Origin: Bellilinea caldifistulae
GTDB lineage: Bacteria; Chloroflexota; Anaerolineae; Anaerolineales; Anaerolineaceae
DNA length: 32,000 nt
Reading direction: 5' to 3'
Assembly: GCF_001306055.1 (NCBI RefSeq)
Contig: NZ_LGHJ01000017.1
Span: 60,001-92,000 of the forward strand
Shown here: positions 17,665-26,204 of the stretch, in pieces
Layout of the letters: the number at the start of each line of letters is the position of its first letter
Position numbering within the stretch: the stretch's first letter is position 1
The notes under the pieces: generated by a model
The model's database searches: none
Told to the model about the DNA's origin: nothing
What the model saw: the letters and a program-made list of their open reading frames with translations, nothing else
Position numbers and translations under genes: made by a program

Positions 17665-18540
17665 TTACACGGCTTTTCCAGCGGCTCTGGCGCGTTCCAG
17701 AACCCGCAGGGCAGACTTGATGACCGGGGCGTCCACCATCTTACCATCCAGGCTAAAAGCCCCTTTACCTGCCTCCTGATAGACCTGCGCAGCCTCGATG
17801 ATTCGCATGGCAGATTGGATGGCTTCCTCCGAGGGAGTAAAGGCTTCCTGCACCGGTTGAACCTGATTGGGATGGATGATTTGCTTACCGGTGAATCCCA
17901 TCGCCGCTCCCGCCTGTGCCTCTCGCCTTAGTCCTTCTAAATCTTGAAGGTCTAACCACACCATATCCATCGCCTGCAAATTGAATGCCGCGGCATGGAT
18001 GACCACCGTGCTACGGGCATACAATAATTCAAGAGCATCGCGGCTGCGGCTGGCTCCAATGCTTCCTGTAAAATCTTCCGCGCCGAAAATCAACCCCTGC
18101 AAGCGGGGGTCTGCCGTGCAGATCTCCCGCAAATTCAATAGCGCCTGGGGCGTTTCGATTAATACCAGCAGTCCAATGGAACCGCTTTTCCAACCGTTGG
18201 CGTGTTCGGCGGCAGCAATATGTTGACAAACCCACCTTACCTCATCTGCCCCCTCCACTTTTGGCAACACAATTCCATCCGGCTGAGCGGATAGTACAGC
18301 CCGCAAGTCCTCTTCAGCCAATCCCGATCCGAGTGGATTAATCCTCACCAGCCGCTCAGAACGTCCAAAATTGATCGTGCGCAGCGCAGCGGGGATATTT
18401 TCACGCGCGTCTGACTTACGGTTCACCGCCACGCCGTCCTCAATATCCAGGCAGATGCTATCTACATCCAGACCAGCCGCTTTGTGGATTTTCCGTACAT
18501 CATCGGCGGGCACATACAACATGGCTCTTCTGGCAGGCAT
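17665..18540 (-). CDS. HpcH/HpaI aldolase / citrate lyase beta subunit (CitE)-like acyl-CoA lyase
   Basis: AAGGAGG lies 4 nt upstream of the ATG. RRAMLYVPADDVRKIHKAAGLDVDSICLDIEDGVA, LVRINP and LVLIETPQAL...LIFGAEDF are CitE/malyl-CoA lyase-type motifs. Confidence 0.85.
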   Translation of the reverse strand: MPARRAMLYVPADDVRKIHKAAGLDVDSICLDIEDGVAVNRKSDARENIPAALRTINFGRSERLVRINPLGSGLAEEDLRAVLSAQPDGIVLPKVEGADEVRWVCQHIAAAEHANGWKSGSIGLLVLIETPQALLNLREICTADPRLQGLIFGAEDFTGSIGASRSRDALELLYARSTVVIHAAAFNLQAMDMVWLDLQDLEGLRREAQAGAAMGFTGKQIIHPNQVQPVQEAFTPSEEAIQSAMRIIEAAQVYQEAGKGAFSLDGKMVDAPVIKSALRVLERARAAGKAV

Positions 18541-18645
18541 ACGTCCTCCTTAACGCAGGTGAATGCTGGTGGAAAGCTTTCCGTGACCAGTTTACCAGAA
18601 AAGGCAAGACCGTTACCCCTGAAATTCCCCCGCTAAATTCAGCCC

Positions 18646-18930
18646 TCACCCGTAACGGTAGAGGATGCCAAAACCGCCACGGGGATATTCCCAGTGCAAT
18701 GCCTCCGGCGGACAGGCAACCGTACAGGTACCGCATTCCAGGCACCCGGCCCAATCCGCAACAATTTTACCGTTTTGCTGGCTGTAAACATTGGCCGGGC
18801 AAACGAACAAACATGCCCGAATTTTACATTCCGCTTCGCACACTTCATTATTGACAATAATATGCGGATGACCATCATCCAATTCATACTTGTTCAAGGC
18901 AAGTCTTTCGGTTACCGATAAGCGATTCAT
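18646..18930 (-). CDS. fixX: Ferredoxin-like protein FixX
   Basis: From the ATG at 18930 the product is MNRLSVTERLALNKY...CPANVY...CLECGTCTVACPPEALHWEYPRGGFGILYRYG, the classic FixX pattern. This ATG overlaps the fixC stop (ATGA). The 7 aa track extension is rejected. Confidence 0.87.
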   Translation of the reverse strand: MNRLSVTERLALNKYELDDGHPHIIVNNEVCEAECKIRACLFVCPANVYSQQNGKIVADWAGCLECGTCTVACPPEALHWEYPRGGFGILYRYG

Positions 18931-20222
18931 AAAGCCCGGCCTCCATTCCAAAAATCTTTAACTAAATCCAATAAACTCAGGTTGTTGCTGCGAACCGCAT
19001 CGCGGACAATCTGTCTCAGCGGTTGATGAGGGCTGGCGTCCTGCTGATAAATCTGACGAAATACCTCGCTTACCACTTGCGGATAGCGTTTGTACAACCG
19101 CGCGTTTTGCATGAAGTGCGGCGCATGAGCATAAGTCCTTAAATCCGCCATGACAAAACTCTCTTCCAGCTTCTGGCGATAGAGCGCCAGACTCTCCGCG
19201 CTAAAATCCCGATTTTGATGGGCTTTGACTACCGCTTCGGCCGCCGCAATTGCCGAGCCGATTGCCAGATCCATGCCACGCACCCAAAATCCGTTGTTGA
19301 TTGTCAGACCAGCAGCGTCACCGATCACCACCATTCCGTCCATAAACAAGCGCGGAATCATCTTCAAACCCGCTTCAGGCACCAGATGCGCTCCATATTC
19401 GACCACCTTTCCCCCTTTGATCAGCGAAGCGATCCACGGGTGGTTTAAAAACTGGTCAAAAATCTCGCTAACTTTTTTCTGGCGCTGCACCAAATCCGCC
19501 AGTTGAATGACCAGCCCGATGGAAATACTCTCTTGATTTGTATAAAGAAAACCTCCACCGGCAATTCCCTGGGTTGCAGAACCCACAATATTAAAGGCGC
19601 TTCCCTCATTTCCTTCGAGCCGAAAGCGATTTTCTATCACCTCTTGGGGCAGGGCAATTACTTCCTTTATTCCCACTGCAACATGTTCTTCAGGAATTCG
19701 TTGGCGTAATCCCGCTTCCTGTGCCAGAAAAGAGTTGGCGCCATCTGCAGCAATGACCACATCCGCAAACATTTCTTCCTGCCCGGCCGCAATTCCAATG
19801 ATGCGATTTTCTTCTCGAATAAGCCGTTCCACTTTGATTCCCGGAATCAGGATTGCCCCGGCTTTTTCGGCTTGCTCGCCCAGCCAGCGGTCAAATTTGG
19901 AGCGCAGCACACTCACGGCGTTATATGGCTTTTGAAGGAAAGACGGGGTTTTAAAATCCAGGCTGACCGAATCAGTTTCGGTGAGAAATGTAACCGCTTG
20001 ATTGGTAATTACCCGCTCGACTGGTGCCTTTTTCCAGAAATTGGGGATGATCTGATGAAGGACCTGCCCATACAACACACCCCCGGAGAGATTTTTACTG
20101 CCCGGAAAGGGTCCACGCTCAATCAAGGCCACTTCCAGACCTTCCTGGGCAAGCAAGAGCGCCACCGTGCAGCCCGCCACTCCTGCACCAACCACAATCG
20201 CATCCAGTTTGTCATCGCTCAT
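18927..20222 (-). CDS. fixC: FAD-dependent electron-transfer-flavoprotein:quinone oxidoreductase FixC
   Basis: The dinucleotide-binding motif is DAIVVGAGVAGCTVALLLAQEGLEVALIERG followed by GSKNLSGGVLY. At 431 aa, it sits between etfA-like and fixX genes. Confidence 0.9.
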   Translation of the reverse strand: MSDDKLDAIVVGAGVAGCTVALLLAQEGLEVALIERGPFPGSKNLSGGVLYGQVLHQIIPNFWKKAPVERVITNQAVTFLTETDSVSLDFKTPSFLQKPYNAVSVLRSKFDRWLGEQAEKAGAILIPGIKVERLIREENRIIGIAAGQEEMFADVVIAADGANSFLAQEAGLRQRIPEEHVAVGIKEVIALPQEVIENRFRLEGNEGSAFNIVGSATQGIAGGGFLYTNQESISIGLVIQLADLVQRQKKVSEIFDQFLNHPWIASLIKGGKVVEYGAHLVPEAGLKMIPRLFMDGMVVIGDAAGLTINNGFWVRGMDLAIGSAIAAAEAVVKAHQNRDFSAESLALYRQKLEESFVMADLRTYAHAPHFMQNARLYKRYPQVVSEVFRQIYQQDASPHQPLRQIVRDAVRSNNLSLLDLVKDFWNGGRAL

Positions 20223-20230
20223 GGGCTACC

Positions 20231-21187
20231 CTAACCGGCACGGATTGCCTCGATCAAAGCCGGCAACACCTGATACAAATCGGCCGCAATACCGTAATCT
20301 GCCTGCTTGAAGATGGGCGCATCAGGATCGCGATTAACCGCCACAATTACTTTTACATCGGTGATTCCTACCGTATGTTGAACCTGTCCAGAAACGCCCA
20401 ACCCGATATACAAATCCGACTTTATGTAAGCCCCGGAAATTCCAATATAGCGTTCGCGCGGGAGCCAGCCCAACCCCTCAGAAAGAGGACGGGTGCAGGC
20501 AATTTCGGCACCCAATTCCCTTGCCAGATTCTCCGCCAGTACCAGATCCTCCTGACGAGCTATTCCCCGTCCGAGACAAACAACCCGTTTGGCATCAGCC
20601 AGATTCACCGAAACGGCTGGCAGGTCCATCCGCTCACGCAGTACAGACCTCTTTTCCGGGACGAGAAAGGGCAGATCAATTACTTCCGGGGTTTTGGGGT
20701 TTTGAACAGCCTCTGCCTCAAACTGCCCCCTGGCAACACTCATCAGTACCGGTAAACGCAACGGACGTTCAAGCCGTTCCGCGCCGCCAGCAAAGATCAT
20801 ATGACGTGCTGTCAAGCCATCATCGAGAAGGTCGAAAGAACGGACGTCGGTGATTGCGCTGACATCCAGTCGGGCGGCCAGCCTGCCGCAGATTAACCGC
20901 CCGCTGGTGGTTGCCCCAATTAACACATACGCCGGTTTTTGCTGATTTACCAGCTCCCATAAGGTGTCAAAAAGATCCTCAACAAGGCAACCTTCTGGCG
21001 GCTTTTCAATCCGGTAAATCCGGTCAACCCCCTGTGTACCAGTCAGCGGGATAGCCGTTGAATCGCCCACAACAACCGCCGCAATGGACAAATCCCCATC
21101 CCTGTTCAAACGGCGTGCGGCGCTGACCAGCTCGCCGATCAGGTTAACATCCTCGCTCACCACAAATATCCAGGCTTGACTGCTCAT
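20231..21187 (-). CDS. fixB: Electron transfer flavoprotein alpha subunit (FixB/EtfA)
   Basis: AAGGAG lies 7 nt upstream of the ATG. The C-terminal FAD-binding region, VCLGRGI...LGAEIACTRPL...GWLPRERYIGISG...LYIGLGVSGQVQHTVG...IVAVNRDPDAPIF, is canonical EtfA. Confidence 0.9.
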   Translation of the reverse strand: MSSQAWIFVVSEDVNLIGELVSAARRLNRDGDLSIAAVVVGDSTAIPLTGTQGVDRIYRIEKPPEGCLVEDLFDTLWELVNQQKPAYVLIGATTSGRLICGRLAARLDVSAITDVRSFDLLDDGLTARHMIFAGGAERLERPLRLPVLMSVARGQFEAEAVQNPKTPEVIDLPFLVPEKRSVLRERMDLPAVSVNLADAKRVVCLGRGIARQEDLVLAENLARELGAEIACTRPLSEGLGWLPRERYIGISGAYIKSDLYIGLGVSGQVQHTVGITDVKVIVAVNRDPDAPIFKQADYGIAADLYQVLPALIEAIRAG

Positions 21188-21198
21188 CGGCGGTCTCC

Positions 21199-21975
21199 TT
21201 ACAACACACCATCTTTTTTCAGGATATTCACCAGCATCGTGGCCGCTTCCTCAACCGAACCGTCCAGGATGATTCCCCTCCGGGCAGTACGCGGAGGTGC
21301 CTGAACTGCCAGAATTTCGACCGAAGCCGGCAGGCTTTCGATGCCCAGATCAGCCAGCGACCATTCCAAGACCGGCTTTCTGGACGCCCGTAAAATCTCG
21401 CGCATAGAAGCCAACCGCGGCTCACAGATATCCGAGGTTACCGATAAAGCGGCTGGCAGCGGCACCTCGATCACCTGAATCTCCTGTTCGAGTACCCTCT
21501 GTACTTGCAATTTATCTGCTTCAATCACCCGAATGTCTCGAATGGCATTTAAACTGACCCACCCCAGCCGTTCACCAACCTGTACACCGGTTTGTTGAAA
21601 GTACAGATCAGCCGAGCCCTCACCGAAGAGAACCAGCTGCACATTTTCGATTTTTTGGATGGCAGTCGCCAGCACACGGGCAGTTTCAGCAGTAGAAGCA
21701 TCCTGCAAGGCTTCATCCACCACCAGTACCAATTCCTCGGCACCGCGCGAGAGGATATCTTTTCTGACTTTGGATTGATTGATAGCAGACGGCCCAACGG
21801 ACAAGGCAATGACTTTACCCCCGTACATTTCAGTCAGCCGGACACCCGCTTCCAAAGCCGGTAAATCAAAACTGCCGATTGTCCACCCGGCATGAGTGGT
21901 ACTCACCGAACCATCACTGCCAATTTGCAGATCTTCTGGATCAGGTGCAATTTTGAGACATACAATGATATTCAT
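21199..21975 (-). CDS. fixA: Electron transfer flavoprotein beta subunit (FixA/EtfB)
   Basis: MNIIVCLKIAPD is a typical EtfB N-terminus, and LVLFGEGSAD is also present. GGAG lies 5 nt upstream of the ATG at 21975. The track start, a GTG at 21981, adds 2 aa. Confidence 0.9.
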   Translation of the reverse strand: MNIIVCLKIAPDPEDLQIGSDGSVSTTHAGWTIGSFDLPALEAGVRLTEMYGGKVIALSVGPSAINQSKVRKDILSRGAEELVLVVDEALQDASTAETARVLATAIQKIENVQLVLFGEGSADLYFQQTGVQVGERLGWVSLNAIRDIRVIEADKLQVQRVLEQEIQVIEVPLPAALSVTSDICEPRLASMREILRASRKPVLEWSLADLGIESLPASVEILAVQAPPRTARRGIILDGSVEEAATMLVNILKKDGVL

Positions 21976-22069
21976 CGCCACTCCAGTCTTCTAATAAGTT
22001 TATCAACAAAGTGGTCTTTCATGAAACCCGTTTTCAACCGAAAATTTTTATAAATCCATTAGAAATTAG

Positions 22070-22104
22070 CAATCGGTTTGCCGGGATTTCCAGCAAACCG
22101 ATTG
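22070..22104 (-). terminator. Stem-loop downstream of the DegV gene (possible terminator)
   Basis: A perfect 12 bp stem, CAATCGGTTTGC (22070-22081) pairing with GCAAACCGATTG (22093-22104), has an 11 nt loop and lies 38 nt past the DegV stop. On the minus strand the tail, CTAATTTCTAAT, is only weakly U-rich. Confidence 0.4.
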
Positions 22105-22141
22105 AGAACGTTTTTCAGCACAGGGGTGAATCAGATTATTT

Positions 22142-23044
22142 TCAGGGGAGCAGGTCGGCCAGCTCAGCCGGGCCGGCACAAATGCCCACCAGCGAACTTC
22201 CGGTGTGAGCACCTAAAACCGCTCCAACGGTGACCGGCGGCAGCCATTCGCATTCCACCAGATTCTCCATGGCTTCACGCAGCAACTCAATCCCGGCCGG
22301 GTTGTGCCCATGAATCAACTGCAAACGAAGTTTCCGGGATTGTGGATACGCCTTAATCACTTCCTGCGCCATGCGCTGTATGGCACGGCGAAAGGTACGT
22401 TCCTGAGCCATCGTCACATACCGCCCATCCTCCTTGGATACCGAGATGACCGGTCGAATGTTCAACAGCGAGGCGAGCAACCCCTTCAGGTGACTGATAC
22501 GCCCGCCATGAACGAGGTACTTCATGGTATCCAGAGTAAAAAAGCCAACCGTAAGGTTGCGCACCTTTTCTAAAAGAGCGATGATTTCTTTCAATTCCCA
22601 ACCTGCTTTTATCGCCCTTGCGGCGGCTTCAACTTGCCAGCCCTCAGGAGCAGAAAGCGTCATCGTGTCCCAGATTGTTACATTAGATTCAGGCACCATG
22701 CCAGCCGCAACACGGGCGGAGTTCAGCGTACCGCTTAAACCGGAAGAAATGTGAATGGAAAGAATCTCAGGGTCATCCTGAGCAAGACGCCGGTAAAGTT
22801 CAACGAAATCCCCTGTTCCGGCTTGAGAAGTGGTCGGATATTCGCCAGTTTCTTCCAGCAAACGGTAGAATTCTTCAGAGGAGAGGTCTTCTCCGCTGGA
22901 ATAAGTTTTCCCCGCCAGGGTCAATTTCATCGGCACATAATGAATCGGAGGCAGCCCCTCCAGTTGCTGGGGTGAGAGATCACAACCCCGATCGGTGACG
23001 ATTTGCATGGCATTAACTCCATTAGAAGAGGTGATTTTTTTCAT
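22142..23044 (-). CDS. DegV family fatty-acid-binding protein
   Basis: MQIVTDRGCDLSPQQL..., ILSIHISSGLSGTLNSA and FFTLDTMKYLVHGGRIS are DegV motifs. The start is uncertain. It could be the ATG at 23044 (MKKITSS...) or the ATG at 23008 (MQIVTD..., with GGAG 8 nt upstream). The 23119 track start is unlikely. Confidence 0.85.
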   Translation of the reverse strand: MKKITSSNGVNAMQIVTDRGCDLSPQQLEGLPPIHYVPMKLTLAGKTYSSGEDLSSEEFYRLLEETGEYPTTSQAGTGDFVELYRRLAQDDPEILSIHISSGLSGTLNSARVAAGMVPESNVTIWDTMTLSAPEGWQVEAAARAIKAGWELKEIIALLEKVRNLTVGFFTLDTMKYLVHGGRISHLKGLLASLLNIRPVISVSKEDGRYVTMAQERTFRRAIQRMAQEVIKAYPQSRKLRLQLIHGHNPAGIELLREAMENLVECEWLPPVTVGAVLGAHTGSSLVGICAGPAELADLLP

Positions 23045-23147
23045 ATTATCACCAACTCGGGTGGAGCAAAATAGCCGTTGCCTGATTGTGACCCAAAATA
23101 GGAATAGGGTCAGCCGCAATTCCTATTTTCTTGACCGCTCAGACGGT

Positions 23148-23585
23148 TTAGCCGTCGCCCATATCTGCCACATAATCCCCCACAATTTCCTCAAAATAGG
23201 TTCTCAGCGGACGGAAGTACCGCTCCTCCCACCACCGCAACAGGGTTTTTCCCCATTCCAAAGGCACACCTTGATGATGGAGACCAACTTCACAGCCGGT
23301 ACATGTGGGTTGAAGTGTCAATGAAATGCGGGAGTCCTCTTCCAGGGGTAAACCTTCAATCTGCCAGCTTTGTTCTATGAGTGAATGGGGCACCAGACGG
23401 GTCAAGCGGCTTTTGACCGTACCGCCCAAAGCACGAAATCTTCCCCCTGTCTCTGGTTGGATTTCTGCCGCCCGGCCGGTGAACCGGCCATGTTCGTAAC
23501 TATCGAGCCAGGCACGGTACACCCGTTCCGGGTAAACCGGAATCTCCACTGTGAATTGAAGGGTTGATTTCAGACTCATTTTCAT
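23148..23585 (-). CDS. SRPBCC superfamily protein (AHSA1/START-like)
   Basis: The 145 aa product carries VEIPVYPERVYRAWLDSYEHGRFTG, typical of the Aha1-like SRPBCC N-terminus. No SD is visible. Confidence 0.7.
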   Translation of the reverse strand: MKMSLKSTLQFTVEIPVYPERVYRAWLDSYEHGRFTGRAAEIQPETGGRFRALGGTVKSRLTRLVPHSLIEQSWQIEGLPLEEDSRISLTLQPTCTGCEVGLHHQGVPLEWGKTLLRWWEERYFRPLRTYFEEIVGDYVADMGDG

Positions 23586-23684
23586 TATGGATTTATTGCA
23601 TAAATTATATCAGTTTTCGAACCGAACGGGAACCAATGGTCTGACCTCAACGTCCTGATTATGTAGACAAAAAAGGAGGTTACG

Positions 23685-24158
23685 ATGTTTCGATTATCTT
23701 TAGCGAGTATTGGAATGATGTTGATGTTGTTGTTGAGTGCCTGCGCCACTCCCGCCGAGGCAGATCCCAATGCACCGGTGGTTAGCCCAACCGAAGGGAC
23801 TGCTGAAACTCCCGCGCAAGTCAACCCCTACCAGCCGCTCGAAAGTGACGCAGCCTTACAGCGTGGCGAGGTATTCATTGACTCAACCGAACTGTTGATT
23901 TTGGAAAGTTACCCGGTTCAAATCAATCTGGTTTTGCAGGGCAACCTCCCAACCCCCTGCCACCAGTTGCGGATTGTAGCCAATCAGCCGGATGAGAACA
24001 ACCACATTCTGGTTGAGGTCTATTCGGTAGTTGACGCAGAGCAGGTTTGCATTCAAATGCTGGAGACCTTTGAAGTGACCTATAGTCTGGGATCATTCCC
24101 CAGTGGGAATTACACCGTACTGGTCAATGGTGAAGTAGCCGGCACATTTGACTCTTGA
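23685..24158 (+). CDS. Hypothetical lipoprotein
   Basis: AGGAGG lies 6 nt upstream of the ATG. The lipobox MLMLLLSAC is canonical. The mature part has two Cys residues and beta-rich character. I recognise no family. Confidence 0.6.
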   Translation: MFRLSLASIGMMLMLLLSACATPAEADPNAPVVSPTEGTAETPAQVNPYQPLESDAALQRGEVFIDSTELLILESYPVQINLVLQGNLPTPCHQLRIVANQPDENNHILVEVYSVVDAEQVCIQMLETFEVTYSLGSFPSGNYTVLVNGEVAGTFDS

Positions 24159-24181
24159 ACCATTCAAAGAAAATTTTTACA

Positions 24182-24219
24182 AAACCCCCGGTACGAAACA
24201 GCCGGGGGTTTTCTTCTTA
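24182..24219 (+). terminator. Rho-independent terminator after the lipoprotein gene
   Basis: AAAACCCCCGG (24182-24192) pairs with CCGGGGGTTTT (24203-24213) around a 10 nt loop, and a T-rich tail, CTTCTT, follows. Confidence 0.7.
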
Positions 24220-24281
24220 AAAAAATTTGGATGAGCGGTTTTGGCTTAACTTTTTTTCACAAATGAGATAGAATTATTCGG

Positions 24282-24329
24282 GCAGGTCGTGGAATCGCGA
24301 AACGGCGAATGCCCCACACCTGCTTTTTT
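24282..24329 (+). terminator. Second terminator-like hairpin plus T6, about 37 nt upstream of the PRT-like gene (possible attenuator)
   Basis: GCAGGT-c-GTGG (24282-24292) pairs with CCAC-ACCTGC (24314-24323). There is an inner TCGC/GCGA pairing, and TTTTTT follows at 24324-24329. Confidence 0.45.
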
Positions 24330-24365
24330 GTAAACAGTTCCCGCCGGGTTTTCAGGAGGTGCTGA

Positions 24366-25484
24366 ATGAGTGAATTTATCTTGCCATTTGACTTTTCGGA
24401 GGATGATCCCGGTCGCTCCACAGGTCAGGTAATCCTGAAAGAGCCGCTTCCCTACCCCATCGGTACTCAGGGAAGCGGCTTTTACCGTCCTGGCCGGATG
24501 ATTCTCGAAAATAAAACCTCCATTGATCTGGTTCTCTACCACAACCCGGCTACTGCTCAATTCATCTACACCCACACCGCCAGACCCAATCCCCATTTGC
24601 TGGCTTTGACCGGTCTTAAATCGGAAGAAATCCACGTCATTCAAAACCTGACCCTTCCCGGCCAGTTGATCATGGGTTCGCAGCGCTCATTTCTCATCAG
24701 TCAGGCAATTCAAGCCATGCTGGCTTCACCCGTCTTTCAAAGCCTGTTCGCCAGCCAGCAGCAAACCCAAATCGCTGTCTTTCCGATTGCCCGCGAGGGG
24801 TTGAAGTATCAAGTCACCGAAGCCATTTACGCCAACTCTGGCTATTTATGTGATGAAGTGATTCTGGATGCTCACCATGTCTTTGACAGCAGCGTACCGG
24901 TTTTCAGCCGTAAAGTCGAGATGACACTGTTCAAGGACAAAGACTTAAACAAGATCCAGCACGAAAACATCACCGTGGCATTTATTGCCGACAGTATTGC
25001 CAGCGGCTTGGTCATGCGTGAGGTGATCAACAAAATCAAAGAGCGTTTTCCGCGCATCCAATGGGTAGAAGTTATTGCTCCCTTTGCCACGCTGCGCGGC
25101 TTGTGCCGCATCACCGAATGTGACGGAAGTGAAAACATCCACATCCGCGTCCACAGTTTTGAAACCCTGCTCAATGCTCTGCCGCCGGATTTCTACTACT
25201 CCGCCCACTTTAACATCCCCGAACTGCACATCCGCCCCGACCTGGAACAGGCCTACCGTCAATGGTGGGGACAGGATGAAGCCGGCAACTGGATTGCCGA
25301 TACAGCCTGTGCCGGGTATGGATGGAGTGAGGTATTCTACTCACCGCGTAAACAGATCGAGATGATCAATCAGCAATTGCTCGAACGGCACAGGTTAACG
25401 ATTGCCGATATTTTACGGCGAAATTTGTACGCCTCAGGCGAGGCGGTTGCGCTCGTAGAGCAAACGCAGGCCAATCAGGGCTAA
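24366..25484 (+). CDS. Divergent uracil phosphoribosyltransferase-like (PRTase fold) protein with N- and C-terminal extensions; function unknown
   Basis: AGGAGG lies 6 nt upstream of the ATG. By eye the product is colinear with E. coli Upp: [14 protein letters not shown] matches [58 protein letters not shown] matches [51 protein letters not shown] matches PGLGDAGDKIFG. Confidence 0.45.
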   Translation: [372 protein letters not shown]

Positions 25485-26204
25485 ATTGGGTTCCACCATT
25501 TCAATCGTCTGACTTTCGGGGGCAATTAATTCCGCCAGCCCGCCGGTAGCCACCACGCGTGCCTGCCCGCCCAATTCCCGGCGAATGCGCCGCACCATGC
25601 CGTCCACCAGCTCGGCAAAGCCAAACACAATCCCCGAACGCATGGATTGCAGCGTGTTTTTTCCAATTGCCGCCACAGGGTGAGCCAGTGCAACCTGGGG
25701 CAGGGTGGCTGTGGCGCGGAACAGAGAATCACTGCTGGTTAAAATCCCCGGTGCTATTGCAACTCCCTCGAAATTTCCCTCTTTGGAAACCGCCGAAAAA
25801 GTGGTAGCCGTTCCAAACCCCACCACGATGACCGGCGCGCCGTAGAGGTGGCGGGCTGCCAGTGCATTGACAATCAAGTCGGTGCCCACTTCTTTGGGAT
25901 ATTCGGTATTAATGCGCATGCCCAGATCAACCCCATCGGCGATCATCAGCGCTTCCTGATGGAGATAACGCCGGGCAATTTCCTCAAACACCTGGGTAAG
26001 CGCCGGCACTACCGATGAAACCGCCACTCCTTTCACATCCGCCACACCCAGGCCGGACGTGGCCAGCAAGTTGAGCAGCAACACCGCATATTCATCCGCC
26101 AGCCGATTGCGATCGGTGGCAATCCGCCAGTGACAGCACATTTGATCGCCAGCGAACAGCCCAAATTTTATGTTCGTATTGCCGATATCAATACACAGAA
26201 GCAT
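25434..26204 (-). CDS. coaX: Type III pantothenate kinase
   Basis: MLLCIDIGNTNIKFGLF, VVGFGTATTF and ATGGLA are CoaX/ASKHA motifs. The product is 256 aa. Confidence 0.93.
   Translation of the reverse strand: MLLCIDIGNTNIKFGLFAGDQMCCHWRIATDRNRLADEYAVLLLNLLATSGLGVADVKGVAVSSVVPALTQVFEEIARRYLHQEALMIADGVDLGMRINTEYPKEVGTDLIVNALAARHLYGAPVIVVGFGTATTFSAVSKEGNFEGVAIAPGILTSSDSLFRATATLPQVALAHPVAAIGKNTLQSMRSGIVFGFAELVDGMVRRIRRELGGQARVVATGGLAELIAPESQTIEMVEPNLALIGLRLLYERNRLA

Noticed and set aside
23585-23824. A 79 aa minus-strand ORF upstream of the SRPBCC gene.
   Set aside because: It overlaps the lipoprotein gene's RBS, signal peptide and lipobox on the other strand. It has no support of its own.
24246-24644. 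A 132 aa minus-strand ORF across the leader and start of the PRT-like gene.
   Set aside because: It has no RBS and its translation has no recognisable motifs. It overlaps two plus-strand terminator-like hairpins and the strongly RBS-supported plus-strand gene.
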